Part shown: positions 24,701-38,100 of the stretch, piece by piece | Position numbering within the stretch: the stretch's first letter is position 1 | Layout: each line of letters starts with the position of its first letter | Assembly (NCBI RefSeq): GCF_002571385.2 | Contig: NW_019217786.1 | Location: forward strand, 731,506 to 795,505 | DNA from: Stylophora pistillata | Taxonomy: Eukaryota | DNA: 64,000 bases | Direction of reading: 5' to 3' | Translations under genes and position numbers: made by a program | Notes under the pieces: generated by a model | What the model was told of the DNA's origin: nothing | What the model saw: only the letters and a program-made list of their open reading frames with translations | Databases searched by the model: none

Positions 24701-24927
24701 CCACCATGGAAAGAGCAAATAGTAGACGACGCATTGGAGTGAATGGAATCATGATTATTATGACTCTTACTGCATGTATTTACATCATAAAAAGTTCCCA
24801 GAAGGGTAGAGAGGAGCAAACATTGGTATCACTGCATGAAGTCAATATGCAAAGATATGAGAAGCTCAGACAAGAAGATGCAGAGGCAGCTGCTGCTGCT
24901 ACAGCTAAGGCCAACAGTGGAAAGTAG
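21709..24927 (+). CDS. FAM162A: FAM162/UPF0389-like mitochondrial membrane protein. Exons 21709-21871, 22328-22424, 24696-24927
   Basis: Arg/Ser-rich presequence-like N-terminus. IPAEVTAATMERANSRRRI, a TM segment and SLHEVNMQRYEKLRQE match the FAM162 layout. Intron phases 1 and 2 are consistent. A/B paralogue assignment is not meaningful here. Confidence 0.8.
22820..23648 (-). mobile_element. Penelope-like element fragment: GIY-YIG endonuclease end with inverted pseudo-LTRs
   Basis: ORF 22999-23292 reads VYKFFCAGCNASYVGET...EH...IKEAIHI. Inverted repeat at about 22843-23091 versus 23401-23647. Flanking GATACTTTTGT at 22809 and 23649. Confidence 0.85.
23904..24150 (+). mobile_element. Palindromic short retroposon (Penelope-related) with a 13-bp TSD
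   Basis: About 180 bp hairpin (23904-24083) plus a unique tail. TTAATAAAATATA occurs at 23891-23903 and 24151-24163. Confidence 0.8.
24309..24529 (+). repeat. Tandem duplication of about 109 bp in FAM162 intron 2
   Basis: GAATCATCCATATATCC...TCTAAT occurs twice, nearly identical. Confidence 0.9.
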
Positions 24928-27706
24928 CAGGAGTTGAACTTAGAGCTTTTCCTTCGTAAAACTCAAACCTGACCAAGTTTTAATATAGTTTTATCCACTA
25001 TTAGTGTTAATGTGTAGAACATGTTATCCCTAGTTTCCATATAATTTTTTTCAAATTGTTGTGCTAATTAGCAATTGTATTACTCACTGAAGTGGAGATG
25101 GCTGAAGTGGTGGATATTTACCAAGTGGTCAAGCAGCCAGTTAAATATCTGCTACTATACACTGGCTCTTAAGTAAATAGTTGATTTAGTATATACTAAA
25201 AACAATAGATAATATAGCAGAAAAAAATGATTTTAACCCATTCAATCCTGCAATGGTTACGGTATTTTCAGGTGCAAATCCCGTATGCATTGATGGGAGC
25301 TGAATAGCACAGAATATCAGGGGTTTGGTTAGCTAATCAGAGCAGGCTTTTAATGCTACCCACTGTTTTAATATACAGGTACGCTGAAGGAGACTATCAG
25401 ATGATGAAGTGACTGCTACTTTAGTTTTCCTCATAGAGAAGGCATGGGTTAATAGAGTTACAGGCAACAATTGCAGTGAAATCAGTTTTCAGTTTAATGG
25501 ACCTGTTACTTTCAGCAGTGCTTAAACATACATTCTGCAATGAAATACTATCATTTTAACAGTTAACAACAATATAATTATACAAAAAGGGCAACTTCTT
25601 ACCTATATCTAAATATTCCCACTCTGATTGCTTAGGTCCTCCAACTGGGAAACTACAAGAGGGTTGAGTAATCAATGTTTTTCTTTTTTTGGATGAGAGA
25701 AAGCCAATCGAATGACTGAAATTGAAGAGAGAACACTTTTTCCTTATATTTTTGATAACTGTGTGCTGTCTATTTGGGTTCTGTTGAAAAACGTTGGTGG
25801 TTGGGTGGGGAAGGGGGTGGGGATGGGGGAGGAAGAAGGGAGAAAGTTGTTCTCCTTTACAACCTATTTTCATTCCACCTCCAATTATTTTCTTTTGTTT
25901 TGTCTCCAACAGCCAAACTGTAAGAAGCTTCATATCAATCTACCAAAGTACTTTTGCCCACGTCCCTTTTTAAAGTTCTCAATGAGATCTTGTCACGTGC
26001 TTAACCATCATCTCCATAGTGCTACGATAGCTGATCAACATATCTTTTTTCGTGGAAGGTTGCAGACGGAATCGTGATACAATCGAATATCATAACAAAC
26101 ACTTCACCCGCATGAAATCGATACATAGTGACAAGATTAGACCATTATTTGATAAGCAGTCTTTTTAATTTTTCACAATTTCCTTTGTGATCCGATCCGA
26201 TTTCGGATTTTGTCCACGCCGGTTGTGTATGTTTCAAAAACACCAACCATGTACGGTGTAAACAGTGTTTTTGAGAGGAAAGGAGTGACTCGGTTGTTTG
26301 TCCCTTTCCCAGAATTACTAAAGTATGCGCTTAATATTGATTGAAGTTTGTACAACTTATGCACGGAATAATTTATTATAAATTAGAGAATTGTACAAAG
26401 GTGTCAATAATTTAAAAAACTCGTGTGAAACTTCTAAAGATGACTTACAGCTTGCACAATTTAGATTAGTTTAAAACTTAGTGGAAAAATAGACTTCAGT
26501 CGTCCCAGCGTTGTTTACCGGGAAGGTAAAAGGGGTCCAGCGGTATAAAAAACAGTACCTGACGATTTCACAAACAAGCCTTGTCTTCGGATGAAGTCAT
26601 CATACCGTGTTCCCTTTTACGGAGTCTTATCAAATCATCTTTCATTAACACTAGGTTACTATGAAAATGTTCAACTTACAGTTTTTATCCTTGTACAGTT
26701 CCCATTGCAAAGGAAGGGCTAAAAATGGAGCGATGTGACTGAGGAAACTGTATTCGATTGTCTACTATGCCGGATCGAAACTTATTTGGAGCAACACATT
26801 TCAGTGGTTGAACTCAATGCTTTCTGCGCGTCTTTCTCACATTTTTGTATACTAAGGGCCCGGACTCACTAGGCAAATTTTTGTTTATTTTGCGAAAAAA
26901 ATCTGTCACCAGTTCCCTGAGACAAGTGCGCCAGTTGATTTTTAGATCTACCAAATTTTGTCAAGGCTTAACAAACTTCAAAGGTGCCGTCGTCCTACTT
27001 AAATACATGTCAAGGAACTCCCCAGGAAGAATGTGTGCCTTGATGGTCGTCTAAAAGTATTGTCTCAGCATAACTATCGCGAGCTGGCAGCCGATTTCTT
27101 TCGCTATAACCAAGGGCTAACGCTCGGAACGTCAGCTTTAGAAACTCTTTACATTGGCCAATTTACATTATCGAGTCATCATTAACCAAATTATATGGCC
27201 AAGAGTCAAACCTCCTGTGTACTCTACGAGTTTTTTTAATCTTCCGAATCCCTTGATGCCACGAAAGAATTTTTTTCCTCTGAAAAGAAACACAATGCGT
27301 CTAAAGACGCGAAGGGCACGTTTTATCATGTAACCATGAATAAACGGTGATCTTTTAACGAATGAGGTTTTTTTGTGATGATACATTGTTTTTATACTTG
27401 ACATTTCACTGGTGACGATTAACATGAAATAATTGACATGAAATGAAAAGGAACTTGTTCAAAATTCCAGGGAGATAATGCTTTTTCAGATGTTAATCAT
27501 GAGTCGATCCAGAGGATTAATACATCAAAAACGTTCTTTGCGCCGTTGACTTGTTCGTTTAACTATACTTATATTGTTACCGTTTACCGTGTAACGAAAA
27601 AAAGCACAGACACACACTGACAGACATTTTTATTAGACCTGCAGAATAAAAGGTGCAACTTGGCTCAGATACAGGTAAGCAACGTTTCTGAATATTGGTA
27701 TTGACG

Positions 27707-27854
27707 ATATTGGGTTCTGTCCTGGTGTACCGGTTCACAAGGGAATCACCATTGTTCTTTCTTTGTTCAGGAGTCATTGGTTAGCTGTTGTGTATTGTTC
27801 GGTCTTTTGTATCGGCTCTTGTGAACCGGTACACGAGGACAGAACCCAATATTG
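27707..27854. mobile_element. Short MITE-like inverted repeat
   Basis: ATATTGGGTTCTGTCCTGGTGTACCGGTTCACAAG is followed by its near-exact reverse complement ending at about 27854. Confidence 0.7.
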
Positions 27855-28663
27855 ACTGAGAGGCGTGGTTGAAAATACAATCGGTCGCATAGGAAGGGCC
27901 CTAACATTTTCCTTTTCAACTAGAAATAGTCATGCATCGTAGTCATGATGCATGAAATAGTTACGCAGTGGAATACGGAATTACAGAATTAATCTTGGCA
28001 GGTAAGCTGCAAGAACGCAATTGCGTGCAGAAATGAAGCCTGAAAAATTCAGGCATGACGGGTTACGAACCTGTGCCTCCGAGATAATTGTGGTTTTATC
28101 AACTGTGTTGATAAAGCAAATTGGCCACCGTAAAGAGTTTCAAAGCTGTGTGCCTCCAAGACACTAGTTGGGTGTTACTACCAGCTGAGCTGCAACGCCA
28201 CACGTTTAAAATTGCTGCTCAGTTGCGAGGGAAGACAAGGTAGTATCTTTATTTGATTTAAATCTGTAGTTCAAAAGTCAAATTGTCTTTTTTTTTTCGT
28301 CGTGTTTTTGATTATGAAAAAGAACAAATTGTACTCGAAGTGGAAGGTGAGTTTTAAAGAAGACAAACTGCTGATTCCAACTCATGTTTCCTTATTCCCT
28401 TTAGGAGTTTCTTTAGCAGTTGGTCGCATGAACTTTAACTCTCTCTAAGTCTTTTCCTTGAATAGTTCTGTCGTTGGCTCAAAGTCATACAAAAGGAAGC
28501 TATTAAATATCTTGTTTTAAATTTGACAGGCTTTGTATCGTCCAGGTCTGTTACTCGATATTAAGGTTTTACGTGGTCGGAGTATTACCCTGGGAACTTA
28601 CACTGACTGGGGTGAATATGTTTGCAAAAAAAGTTTTTAGTCATGGGTACGCAAAGCATAAAA

Positions 28664-29424
28664 TAGAGTACGAGCAGTCCCCCCCTTTTCAGCGAAGTCC
28701 TTCGTGCAAGTAAAAAAATCAGTGAAAAAACTAACATCAATTTTTTTTTTTCTTTGTTTTTTTTCTTACTCGCACGACACGACGGACGACCTCGAAAAGT
28801 TTTGGGGGTTTTACAGCTCGCTTGGACGAATTAACTAGAAGTAACGAGACTCTGTACTTTCCTTCTTTTATTCTCTTCTGGAGAGCTACTACAGCAACGC
28901 TCTATGTATCTAATAATCATGCTCTAGCGTGAGGAACCAACGCTTTAAGTAGGAAAACCGTAGACATGTTTGGGTTAGCTGACCGTGAGATTTTCCATGC
29001 ACAGTGTATCCGTTGTTTTGCAAAGGGGAAATTGGTTGGCCCTCACCGAAGTACTTGGCGAGCACCAAGGAACCAATTAAACGCCAATGATCGAGCTGCG
29101 CACGAGAATCACGTGCACAAACAGGATCTCAGTGTGGGTAAAACTCGAGGCCAGCTTTACCAACCCAAACATGACCACCTGTGAAACTAATTATTCCCAA
29201 ACACAACAAGTGATTAAAATGTCTAGCACGGTAAGAAGGAAATCCGCGAACTGAGCCAAGATCAAGCACACACTAAAAATAAAAGATAAAAACTATAAAT
29301 CTACCTAAATAACACGTAGACGCAAAAAGGCGAGACTGAACAAAACAAAAGGTTAACCTAAAAATACTCGAAATAGCAATCCTTTCAAATACTCTACAAC
29401 AAAAGGAAGGACTGCTCGTAGTCT
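28664..29424. mobile_element. Non-autonomous TIR element
   Basis: Terminal inverted repeats AGAGTACGAGCAGTCC ... GGACTGCTCGTAGTCT. Confidence 0.6.
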
Positions 29425-29851
29425 TAGAATGAGTAATGTTCGCCGTGGGGATTATATATGCAAATTCTGTGGGACAGCCTAAGGAGTCTGGCTTTGACCA
29501 CAGTTCGCAGCAGTCTTCTCCATTCTTGTACCGTACAGATGGCGAACGAATATTTAAAAGTGTTACATTTTGCCAGTTTAAGGGTCATTCTAAAGGAATG
29601 ATTCGCGCTAATAGAATTGTACTTATTTGTTCGAAATAGTCGTCAAATTTAAGATTAGCTATTTATATGCTAATTATATGCTGCTCACAGGTTAACAACA
29701 GAGGTCATGGTGTTTTTATTGAAATTTTCTATGTAACCTTTTTTATCTCTAAACTATTAAAATGAACAAAATCACGGTAATGCCACAGATATATAAACCC
29801 GTAATAAACCCGTGATTCGTAACAAACCCGTTTATTACGAATCAACTTAAC

Positions 29852-29947
29852 GGCCTGCTCCCAGTTGGCTTGTTAGCTCAATTGGTAGAGCGCTGCACTA
29901 GTATCGCAGAGGTCAGTGGTTCGAATCCCGTACAGGCCTGATTTTTT
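29852..29947 (+). mobile_element. tRNA-derived SINE, second copy, truncated by a gap
   Basis: Identical to 16-105 and runs into NNN at 29948. Confidence 0.75.
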
Positions 29948-32347
29948 NNNCTTAAGTGTATTTGTTGTTCTAATTTTCTGAAGTTGAAGCGTCCCCATAA
30001 ATCTCAATTCCGTGGATGTGTACGATTGAAAATAACAACAGCTTGGTTGATGACAAAAACTCCTCGACCTATACTGATCAATATCATGAAAGTGACGCTA
30101 CATCTGCCTCTTTCTCTTTCTGGTGTTTTACTCATAAGTCACGATCAACAAGAAACATAATTCAGATAGCCTGATAATTAAGACGATGAAGATGATAAAA
30201 AATCCTCTCTCATACCTGGCCTAGCCGTTAAAAAAACGCGGACAAATGAGGTTCTTTCATTATTCTTCAGAAAGGATTGTTTTAAAAAATTGAAAACCAT
30301 TGGTCACTTCCTGTGAATTAAATTGATATTGTTACTTGTGAGTGTCTGCCTTTTTTATGTTTTAGAAATAACTCTGATAGAGTCAGGCACAATTAGTGAC
30401 GATTTGGTGGATACAAAGTCATTTGACTTAAGTGCGTTGAAAATTGATGAAACTTACAAGAACTGAAAACATTTATCTTTAAAGAGGTATAGTACTAACC
30501 TGGAAAGCCTCAGCTCTCGTGTGACAAACTTTGGCTGCATGAATAGGCGATTCAGCGCAAAATTACACACGTCAAGTGACACAGCTATTTGCTTTATATT
30601 CTAGGCCTCAGAGGTTGATGTAGAGATGAAAGTCAAAACATGGTAAAGCCAGTTGTATATTTTTGTCATCGTCGAGTTCTCTCTCTTTCCTTGCAGAAAA
30701 AGAATCCTTTTTGAGGAACAGCGAAGGCATATTCGCTTTGATGTTGGCATTTATTAGTTTCCTATTGATAAAAATGTAAAGAGAGAGAGAGAACAATGAG
30801 AGCGATGATTTCCAAATAAATTTTGATCAAGTCTTAAGAATCCTCGCAGGTGAACCACAGCTAGAGAAATTGCATAAACTGCGCAACGTGGAAATATTCA
30901 GGCTCCAATGGGAATCGAATCCGTACCGACACCCAAACAGAAAATGTAATTTTACCTGTTACCATTTTAAGAAAACAAATATTTCCATTGATTTTCCTAT
31001 CAGCTCTGCGCCAATAGATATGAGGTACAGCCTGGACCTTTGCGATGAGGAAACCAATTTTCGTCAGGAGAGGAAAAAGGTTATTTTTGAAGCCATGAAA
31101 ACTCCTCGGAGATCAAGGCCTAATGGAACATCGTGAGGTAAATACACTCCGTTGAGATAAAAGTGTAAAATGAACTGAACCACAAGATAGTTTTTGAGAG
31201 GCTAATGAATGATAACGGCTTATTAAAATAGATAAACTCCAGGATGATGACATGATGTTACATAGTTTGTTTACTTAGAATTGGGTATCCTCGATTGCTG
31301 TTCTTGGCTCAGGAGGAGGATTTCGTGCCATGGTTTCTCTCAGTTGAGTGTTCTGTGCTCTAAAGGAGATGGGTGTGTTGGACTGTGCCATGTACACAGC
31401 AGTAGGTCTGCATGGTGAGTCACTCCGTACCCAGGCCAGAGAAGGGGTACTGCCCTACATAAGTTCTCTAGGTGGGCACTGACCCAAGGGGAGTAGGGCA
31501 TGAGATGCTGTAGTCTTGAAACCGATATCGTTATTAGAGGCCACGTCTAAAGACGGGTACGGAAAATGATAAATCATGTTATGTTTACAAATCCCCACAG
31601 TTTTGTTCAAGGATGAATACATATCCAGCTGTTTCTGATCGACATCTTCATTTAATCTGTATAACCCCGAAGTCTTCGATGGCTAATTTCTTTCGCTGGA
31701 TTGAACAAAATTAAGTTCACAGCAGTGAAAAAATTGAAAAAATGTAAGTTGAAACGGAACGTTTCCTTGTATTCGCCCATAACAAAGAAGCCAGTTAGGA
31801 AGTTTATAACAACTTCTAAGGCAAAAAATTTTAACGTTCTATGTACCTTTCCACATTATATTCGCATCTGAGTGGCTGCATACCCATCCCAGCACAATAA
31901 GGTAAGATTTGAGGAAAAATTGCAAAGACAACTGGATGTGGTTGCTTTTAACTCCATCGTGGATGTACAATCACGTCAACATCATCCTGAATAAGAGATC
32001 ACGTAGACAACCTCTCAGTTTCACAGATTTATTTGGTTATCTGGTTGGAGAAACTATTCTGAAGGACGTAAGTTACATTTCGACTGAGATTTGGTGATAT
32101 TTTTAGCTTCTAACGAGGACAAAGAGCTTAGCTTCTTCAAAACATGAAGAAAACTGCTTTGAAACAGGGTAAAGATGATTTGAATTGTGTTTCGCATAGT
32201 TCTCCATCCCCGTGAGAACGCAGATTGTAGATTCGCATACCATTTAACTTTAATCTTTGATACAATTTTGACATTACATCGCAGAAATCACTCCAACTAA
32301 TTTGAGATCAGCTTAAAACAGAAAACGGCTTAATATAAGCCACCTTA

Positions 32348-33026
32348 GGCATGGGTCGCACTTGGCAAAGTTTGGTGTGAATGTGGTCACTTTGGTGTAA
32401 AAATCTGTCATCGGGGCACATTGCCTGATGCGACCCTAACTTTTCCAGTTCGCAAAAACTTTGAAAACCGGCCAAAACATCAAAGACGCCGTAGTACTTG
32501 GGTGGGGCAGGTAGATTTCGGAAAACTCGGGCTAAACAATAGCAATCACAGCGGTAATATCATCGCTTGTCAGTAAGCAGCAAACGACTCGACTGGTCGC
32601 GGAACTGACCAGGCATATGGCGCTCGAAGTAATCTTTGCTTACGTCGATTTCTCGCTCTCATCATAGCGGCAGTCAAAACAGTTAAACATGCGTTAACCC
32701 ATCTTTCAAAGATAATACGAAAGACAAAAAAGTGCTCGTGATTTAACTGAATAAGAAGAATAAGCATCACCGAGATCGTTATTAACAATGCTTCAACGCG
32801 ACGCATTTTTTTAACGTTTGTTTTCCTTTTTCAGCTCACTGCTCTCTCCCCATAGCACGTCGATAAACGTGTGTCTGGTTTATCAAAGTGTCATCACTGG
32901 CATTTTTTTCACCTAGTGCGACCCTGATAGTTGAAACCAAAACTTTGCTTTTCGGTTGCGGTTTCAAATTTTCTGTGGTTTTTTTGCCGGCAAAGTTGAA
33001 AACTTTGCCCAAGTGGGACCCATACC
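32348..33026 (-). mobile_element. PIF/Harbinger-type non-autonomous DNA transposon
   Basis: TIRs GGCATGGGTCGCACTTGGCAAAGTTT / AAACTTTGCCCAAGTGGGACCCATACC with a TTA duplication on both sides. ORF 32570-32806 may be a transposase N-terminal remnant. Confidence 0.75.
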
Positions 33027-35122
33027 TTAGGGAATCGAAGTTACTAATACATGTTGTTAATTATTTACCAAGTTAAAAAATTATTATAATAGACTGATTA
33101 AAAAAATTCCATCACCCTTTGGTATGTTACCTCCTTACCACAAAAACTTGTTTGTGTCTTTGAAGAGATGAAAATCCCTGCTCCAATTGGTCAAAAATCG
33201 TCACAGCATGTGCTCGCCACTCCATGGACCCAAGAAAAACGTATAATGGATAAGTTTACAACCATGTGAGGTTTTTCATTAATAATTTTTTGTTATTTCA
33301 AAGCGGATAAATGTTCCAAAGTTGAGCGAACAGCGCCATGCAGTGAACTTGAGACGCCCATGTGAAGTAGGGATGGCCAAATATGGCACGTTCATTAACA
33401 CCGAGCTTTTTGAAGCAAGTACTTTTGTAGGAAATTGGTCACATCGTACCCTGAGCCTCCACTGTTTACTTGCAAGGTNNNNNNNNNNNNNNNNNNNNNN
33501 NNNNNNNNNNNNNNNNNNNNNNNNNNNNNNNNNNNNNNNNNNNNNNNNNNNNNNNNNNNNNNNNNNNNNNNNNNNNNNNNNNNNNNNNNNNNNNNNNNNN
33601 NNNNNNNNNNNNNNNNNNNNNNNNNNNNNNNNNNNNNNNNNNNNNNNNNNNNNNNNNNNNNNNNNNNNNNNNNNNNNNNNNNNNNNNNNNNNNNNNNNNN
33701 NNNNNNNNNNNNNNNNNNNNNNNNNNNNNNNNNNNNNNNNNNNNNNNNNGCCCATGTGAAGTAGGGATGGCCAAATATGGCACGTTCATTAACACCGAGC
33801 TTTTTGAAGCAAGTACTTTTGTAGGAAATTGGTCACATCGTACCCTGAGCCTCCACTGTTTACTTGCAAGGTTAGCAATCACTTATTTTATCGAGCACAA
33901 ACGTTTTCTAAAAACAGCGGTCAAACACAGGGCTTGCATGAGGGATTAATTTTTGCAGGCTGCGCGTCAATTTGCAACTTGGCTTTGACAGACTCAGAGC
34001 ATGTCACCTAGCTTCTGACATCATTCGCACATGCGCTGACGTCTGACCACTGATATAAAATATATGTTTTATAGCAGGTTTTTCTTCCAGCCAGTTTGTG
34101 ATTATAGTTCGTTCAGTTGAAGTTATATCGTCAAGGTTTTCCTAAAATGCTGTCTGAGAGATTTACGCAAAATTAAAGTTCCGTAAATCTGCGTTAAGTT
34201 CGTTGAGTAACTTTACGCTGGTTTTATAATGTTCGTAAAGACGCGTAAAGGTAGATTTACGGACGTAAAGCTCTCGTAAAGGTATCGTAAAGCTGAAGAG
34301 CCAGATTTACGTTCAGTGTAAAGTTTGCGTAAAGCTAAACTTTACTAGACTGAAATAAGAGTTGTTGTGAAGCTAGCAACAATTTGTCTAAACATATTAA
34401 CGCTGTTTTACATTTTACCTAAAGGTTTTAATAAGCCATATATTTCGCAAAACACGTAAAGCTTTCGTTATTCAAGCGCAAGTGGCGTAATTCTTTTTAA
34501 CATGGGGTGTCTCGTAGCCCGTCGTAATCAATCGGTTTTTACGCGTTATCTNNNNNNNNNNNNNNNNNNNNNNNNNNNNNNNNNNNNNNNNNNNNNNNNN
34601 NNNNNNNNNNNNNNNNNNNNNNNNNNNNNNNNNNNNNNNNNNNNNNNNNNNNNNNNNNNNNNNNNNNNNNNNNNNNNNNNNNNNNNNNNNNNNNNNNNNN
34701 NNNNNNNNNNNNNNNNNNNNNNNNNNNNNNNNNNNNNNNNNNNNNNNNNNNNNNNNNNNNNNNNNNNNNNNNNNNNNNNNNNNNNNNNNNNNNNNNNNNN
34801 NNNNNNNNNNNNNNNNNNNNNNNNNNNNNNNNNNNNNNNNNNNNNNNNNNNNNNNNNNNNNNNNNNNNNNNNNNNNNNNNNNNNNNNNNNNNNNNNNNNN
34901 NNNNNNNNNNNNNNNNNNNNNNNNNNNNNNNNNNNNNNNNNNNNNNNNNNNNNNNNNNNNNNNNNNNNNNNNNNNNNNNNNNNNNNNNNNNNNNNNNNNN
35001 NNNNNNNNNNNNNNNNNNNNNNNNNNNNNNNNNNNNNNNNNNNNNNNNNNNNNNNNNNNNNNNNNNNNNNNNNNNNNNNNNNNNNNNNNNNNNNNNNNNN
35101 NNNNNNNNNNNNNNNNNNNNNN

Positions 35123-38100
35123 GGCAGAGGACACACTATGGATAACTGCAAGCGCAAACAACAGTGCGCAAAGATGGAGAATGGAACTCGTTGTCCACAG
35201 CAGCACCATCAACTCCTGCACAAGAGCAATTCTGTGAGGATTGGCGTCGCCACTATAGTCAGCCCCAATGAACCAATTCTTTCCGTCTTATCTGCTAACA
35301 TCGGTAGCGTCAACGGTCTCTTTAAATGCGGAAACGTACTTCTGGACTCGGGCGCACAAGTAAGCCATATCCGACGGGACACCGCTGACACTCGGTTTAA
35401 AGGGAAAAGATGTGTCCATAACGATTACTAAAGTTGGTGGAGAGGAAGAAACGATTGAGACAAAGGAATACAATGTTCATCTAACCTGTATTGACAACAA
35501 CAAGCGTTTTAACGTTAAAGCAATCGGCATCCACAGCATCAGTGACGAGATTCCGGCAGTGAAAACCTCGCATTTACCGGAAGTTCTTGGCTTACCAAAC
35601 ACAAGATTTCGCCGTGGAAAAGGGCACGTTGACCTGTTGATTGGCATTGATCACGCACGCATGCATGCTGGTGAAACAAGACAAGTGGACAACCTGCTAA
35701 CTCGCAAGTCTCCACTTGGGTGGGTAGTTTTTGGAGGAAACCCAGAGCAGATCAGTGACGTAACCAGCATATTACATGTCAAGTACTCCTCACCAATAGA
35801 CCTGACAAGCTTCTGGACAACGGAAGCTATGGGTGTGGCCGTGAAACCCTGTGCCTGCGATGCAGACAAACTGACTCAAGCAGAAAAAGAAGAAGCCGAG
35901 CTCATAGAGGAGTCGTGTTTCAAAGTCGAAAACCAATGGATGATCCCCTACCCTTGGAGAAAAGACCCTAACCTGCTGCCAGACAACAAAGAATTGGCTA
36001 TGAAACGCCTAGAGTCAACAGAACGACGCCTGAAAAGAAATCCTGAACAAGCTGAAGCCTACTGTAAACAGATGGAGGAAATGGAAATAATGAAATTTGC
36101 GCGAAAGCTGTCAAAAGAAGAACAAGATGAGTATCATGGTCCTGTTCATTACTTTCCCCATCACGCTATACTGAGGCCAGACAAGAAGAGCCCACCTGTT
36201 CGAATTGTTTTCAATTCATCCTCTGCATTCCAAGGGCATACGTTGAACGATTACTGGAAAAAGGGTCCCGACCTTTTAAGCGGCATGTTTGGAGTTGTCC
36301 TAAGATTTCGAGAGAGAGAAGTTGCCGTAGTAGGAGACATCTCCAAGATGTATCATCGGGTCCTTATTCCTGAACGAGATCAACATGTACACCGCTTTCT
36401 GTGGAGAAACATGGAGACAGAAAGAGAACCTGACATATTTTTCAAAACAGTTCTGACAATTGAGGACAAGCCTGCACCCGCCATGGCGCAGATAGCCCTA
36501 AGAAAAAAAAACAGCGCAAGAGAACAAGGCAGGCTACCCAGCAGCGGCCGAAGTGCTAACGAACAACACGTACATGGACGACATCTGTGAGTCTGTAGGC
36601 ACAGAAAAGGAAGCTCAAAAATTAACAAATGACATAGACAATGTTTTGAAGACGGGAGGATTCAAAGTTAAAGAGTGGATCTCTAACAAGGTGCTCAAAG
36701 AGAACGTAAGCGGTGACGCAGAGAAGGAAATAAATCTGGTAAAAGGACATGAGGAGAAAGTCCTGGGAACCATGTGGAGCTTCAGAACAGACAAGTTTCA
36801 CTTCAGAGTGGTAGTAGACTTACTGAAGCTACACAACAGTCCAAGCCATGTGCAGAAGATGACCAAAAGAATGATCCTGAGTCAAGTCGCTCGCATTTAC
36901 GATCCGATTGGATTTGCAGCAGCTTTCATCGTCAGAACAAAGATAGGAATGCAAAGACTGTGGCAGCTGGGAGTGGATTGGGATGACCAGGTGCCACCTC
37001 CAGTTCTGGAAAGCTGGATTTCACTCTTCCAGGAAATTAAGGAACTAGACAGTGTGTCCTTCGAAAGATGTTTAACGGTAGTCAATGCTGTGGAACCGCC
37101 GATGTTATGCGTTTTCGCTGACGCATCACAAGACGCACTCGGTGCATGTGCCTACGCACGCCAGAGAAAGGATGACAACACTTACGCAGTCAAGTTCATC
37201 TCAGCGAGGTCGCGAGTATCCCCGCTGAAACAGCTGACAATTCCGCGCTTGGAGCTTCAAGCAGCCGTTCTCGCTAGCCGCCTGGCCAAATCCATTCAGG
37301 AGGAATCTGGGATACAGTTTAAATATGTTTAGTCTTTTACCGACAGTACCATCACCTTGGCCTGGATTCAAAGTCCGTCACGCAGCTTTAAACCGTTTGT
37401 CTCCTCGAGAGTGGGAGAAATTCAAAGTAACTCAGATCCAAACCAGTGGAAGCATATACCCAGTGAGGATAATGTAGCTGACGACTTGTCGCGAGGGATC
37501 CGCGTTAACGAGTTACAAGGCAGATGGAAGAATGGCCCGGAGTTCTTATACCTACCAGAAAGTCAATGGCTAAGTACGACAGCACCGCCGACCCCGAATG
37601 TAGACATGGAACGCCGTCAGATGCAGATACTGACCGCAGTCACAGCACAGAAAGCTAGCAATGGTATTGATCCAACCAAGTTCTCAAGGTGGAGAAGACT
37701 GATGCGTGTGACGGCGCGAATACGTAGACTAGCAGAAAAGATACGCCTGGGAAAATACGACCAACACGGAAATGAAGGACCACTGACCCCTGAAGAGCTT
37801 CAGCAGGCAGAAATTTATTGGATAAAGCAAGTACAGACAACACTGTACAGTCGACTGGATAGAGGGGAATTCAAATCGCTCAGCCCGTTCAAAGATGAAA
37901 ACGGAGTTATCAGAGTTGGAGGAAGAGTGGATGAAGCTATCGTGTCCTATGAAACGATGCACCTTGCCCTTCTTCCAAGTGACCACTGGATTTCCCTCCT
38001 GGTATCAAGAAAGAAGTGTCATGTTGAGAACCGCAATGTCAAAGTTGATGACATAGTTACGGTAGCCGATAATAACGCTGTGAGAGGCAAGTGGGCTGTG

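Larger units (their letters stand above)
27660..33870 (+). pseudogene. Unprocessed cPLA2 (group IV) pseudogene, tandem paralogue of 42729-56555
   Basis: Exon remnants at 28530-28611, 30366-30487, 30605-30642, 31004-31137, 31285-31413, about 31843-32067 and 33304-33476. Defects include a 5-nt insertion with TGA (about 30464), a 2-nt deletion (about 31099), TGA at about 31345, deletion of the GLSG motif and lost acceptors. Confidence 0.88.

Noticed and set aside
31285-31294. U12 donor-like GTATCCTCG
   Set aside because: It aligns to the first codons of cPLA2 exon 7 (GTGCCCTCG in the intact gene), so it is not an intron start.
33356-33872. Tandem duplication of a cPLA2 exon
   Set aside because: The two identical copies sit directly on either side of an N gap, typical of unmerged overlapping contig ends.
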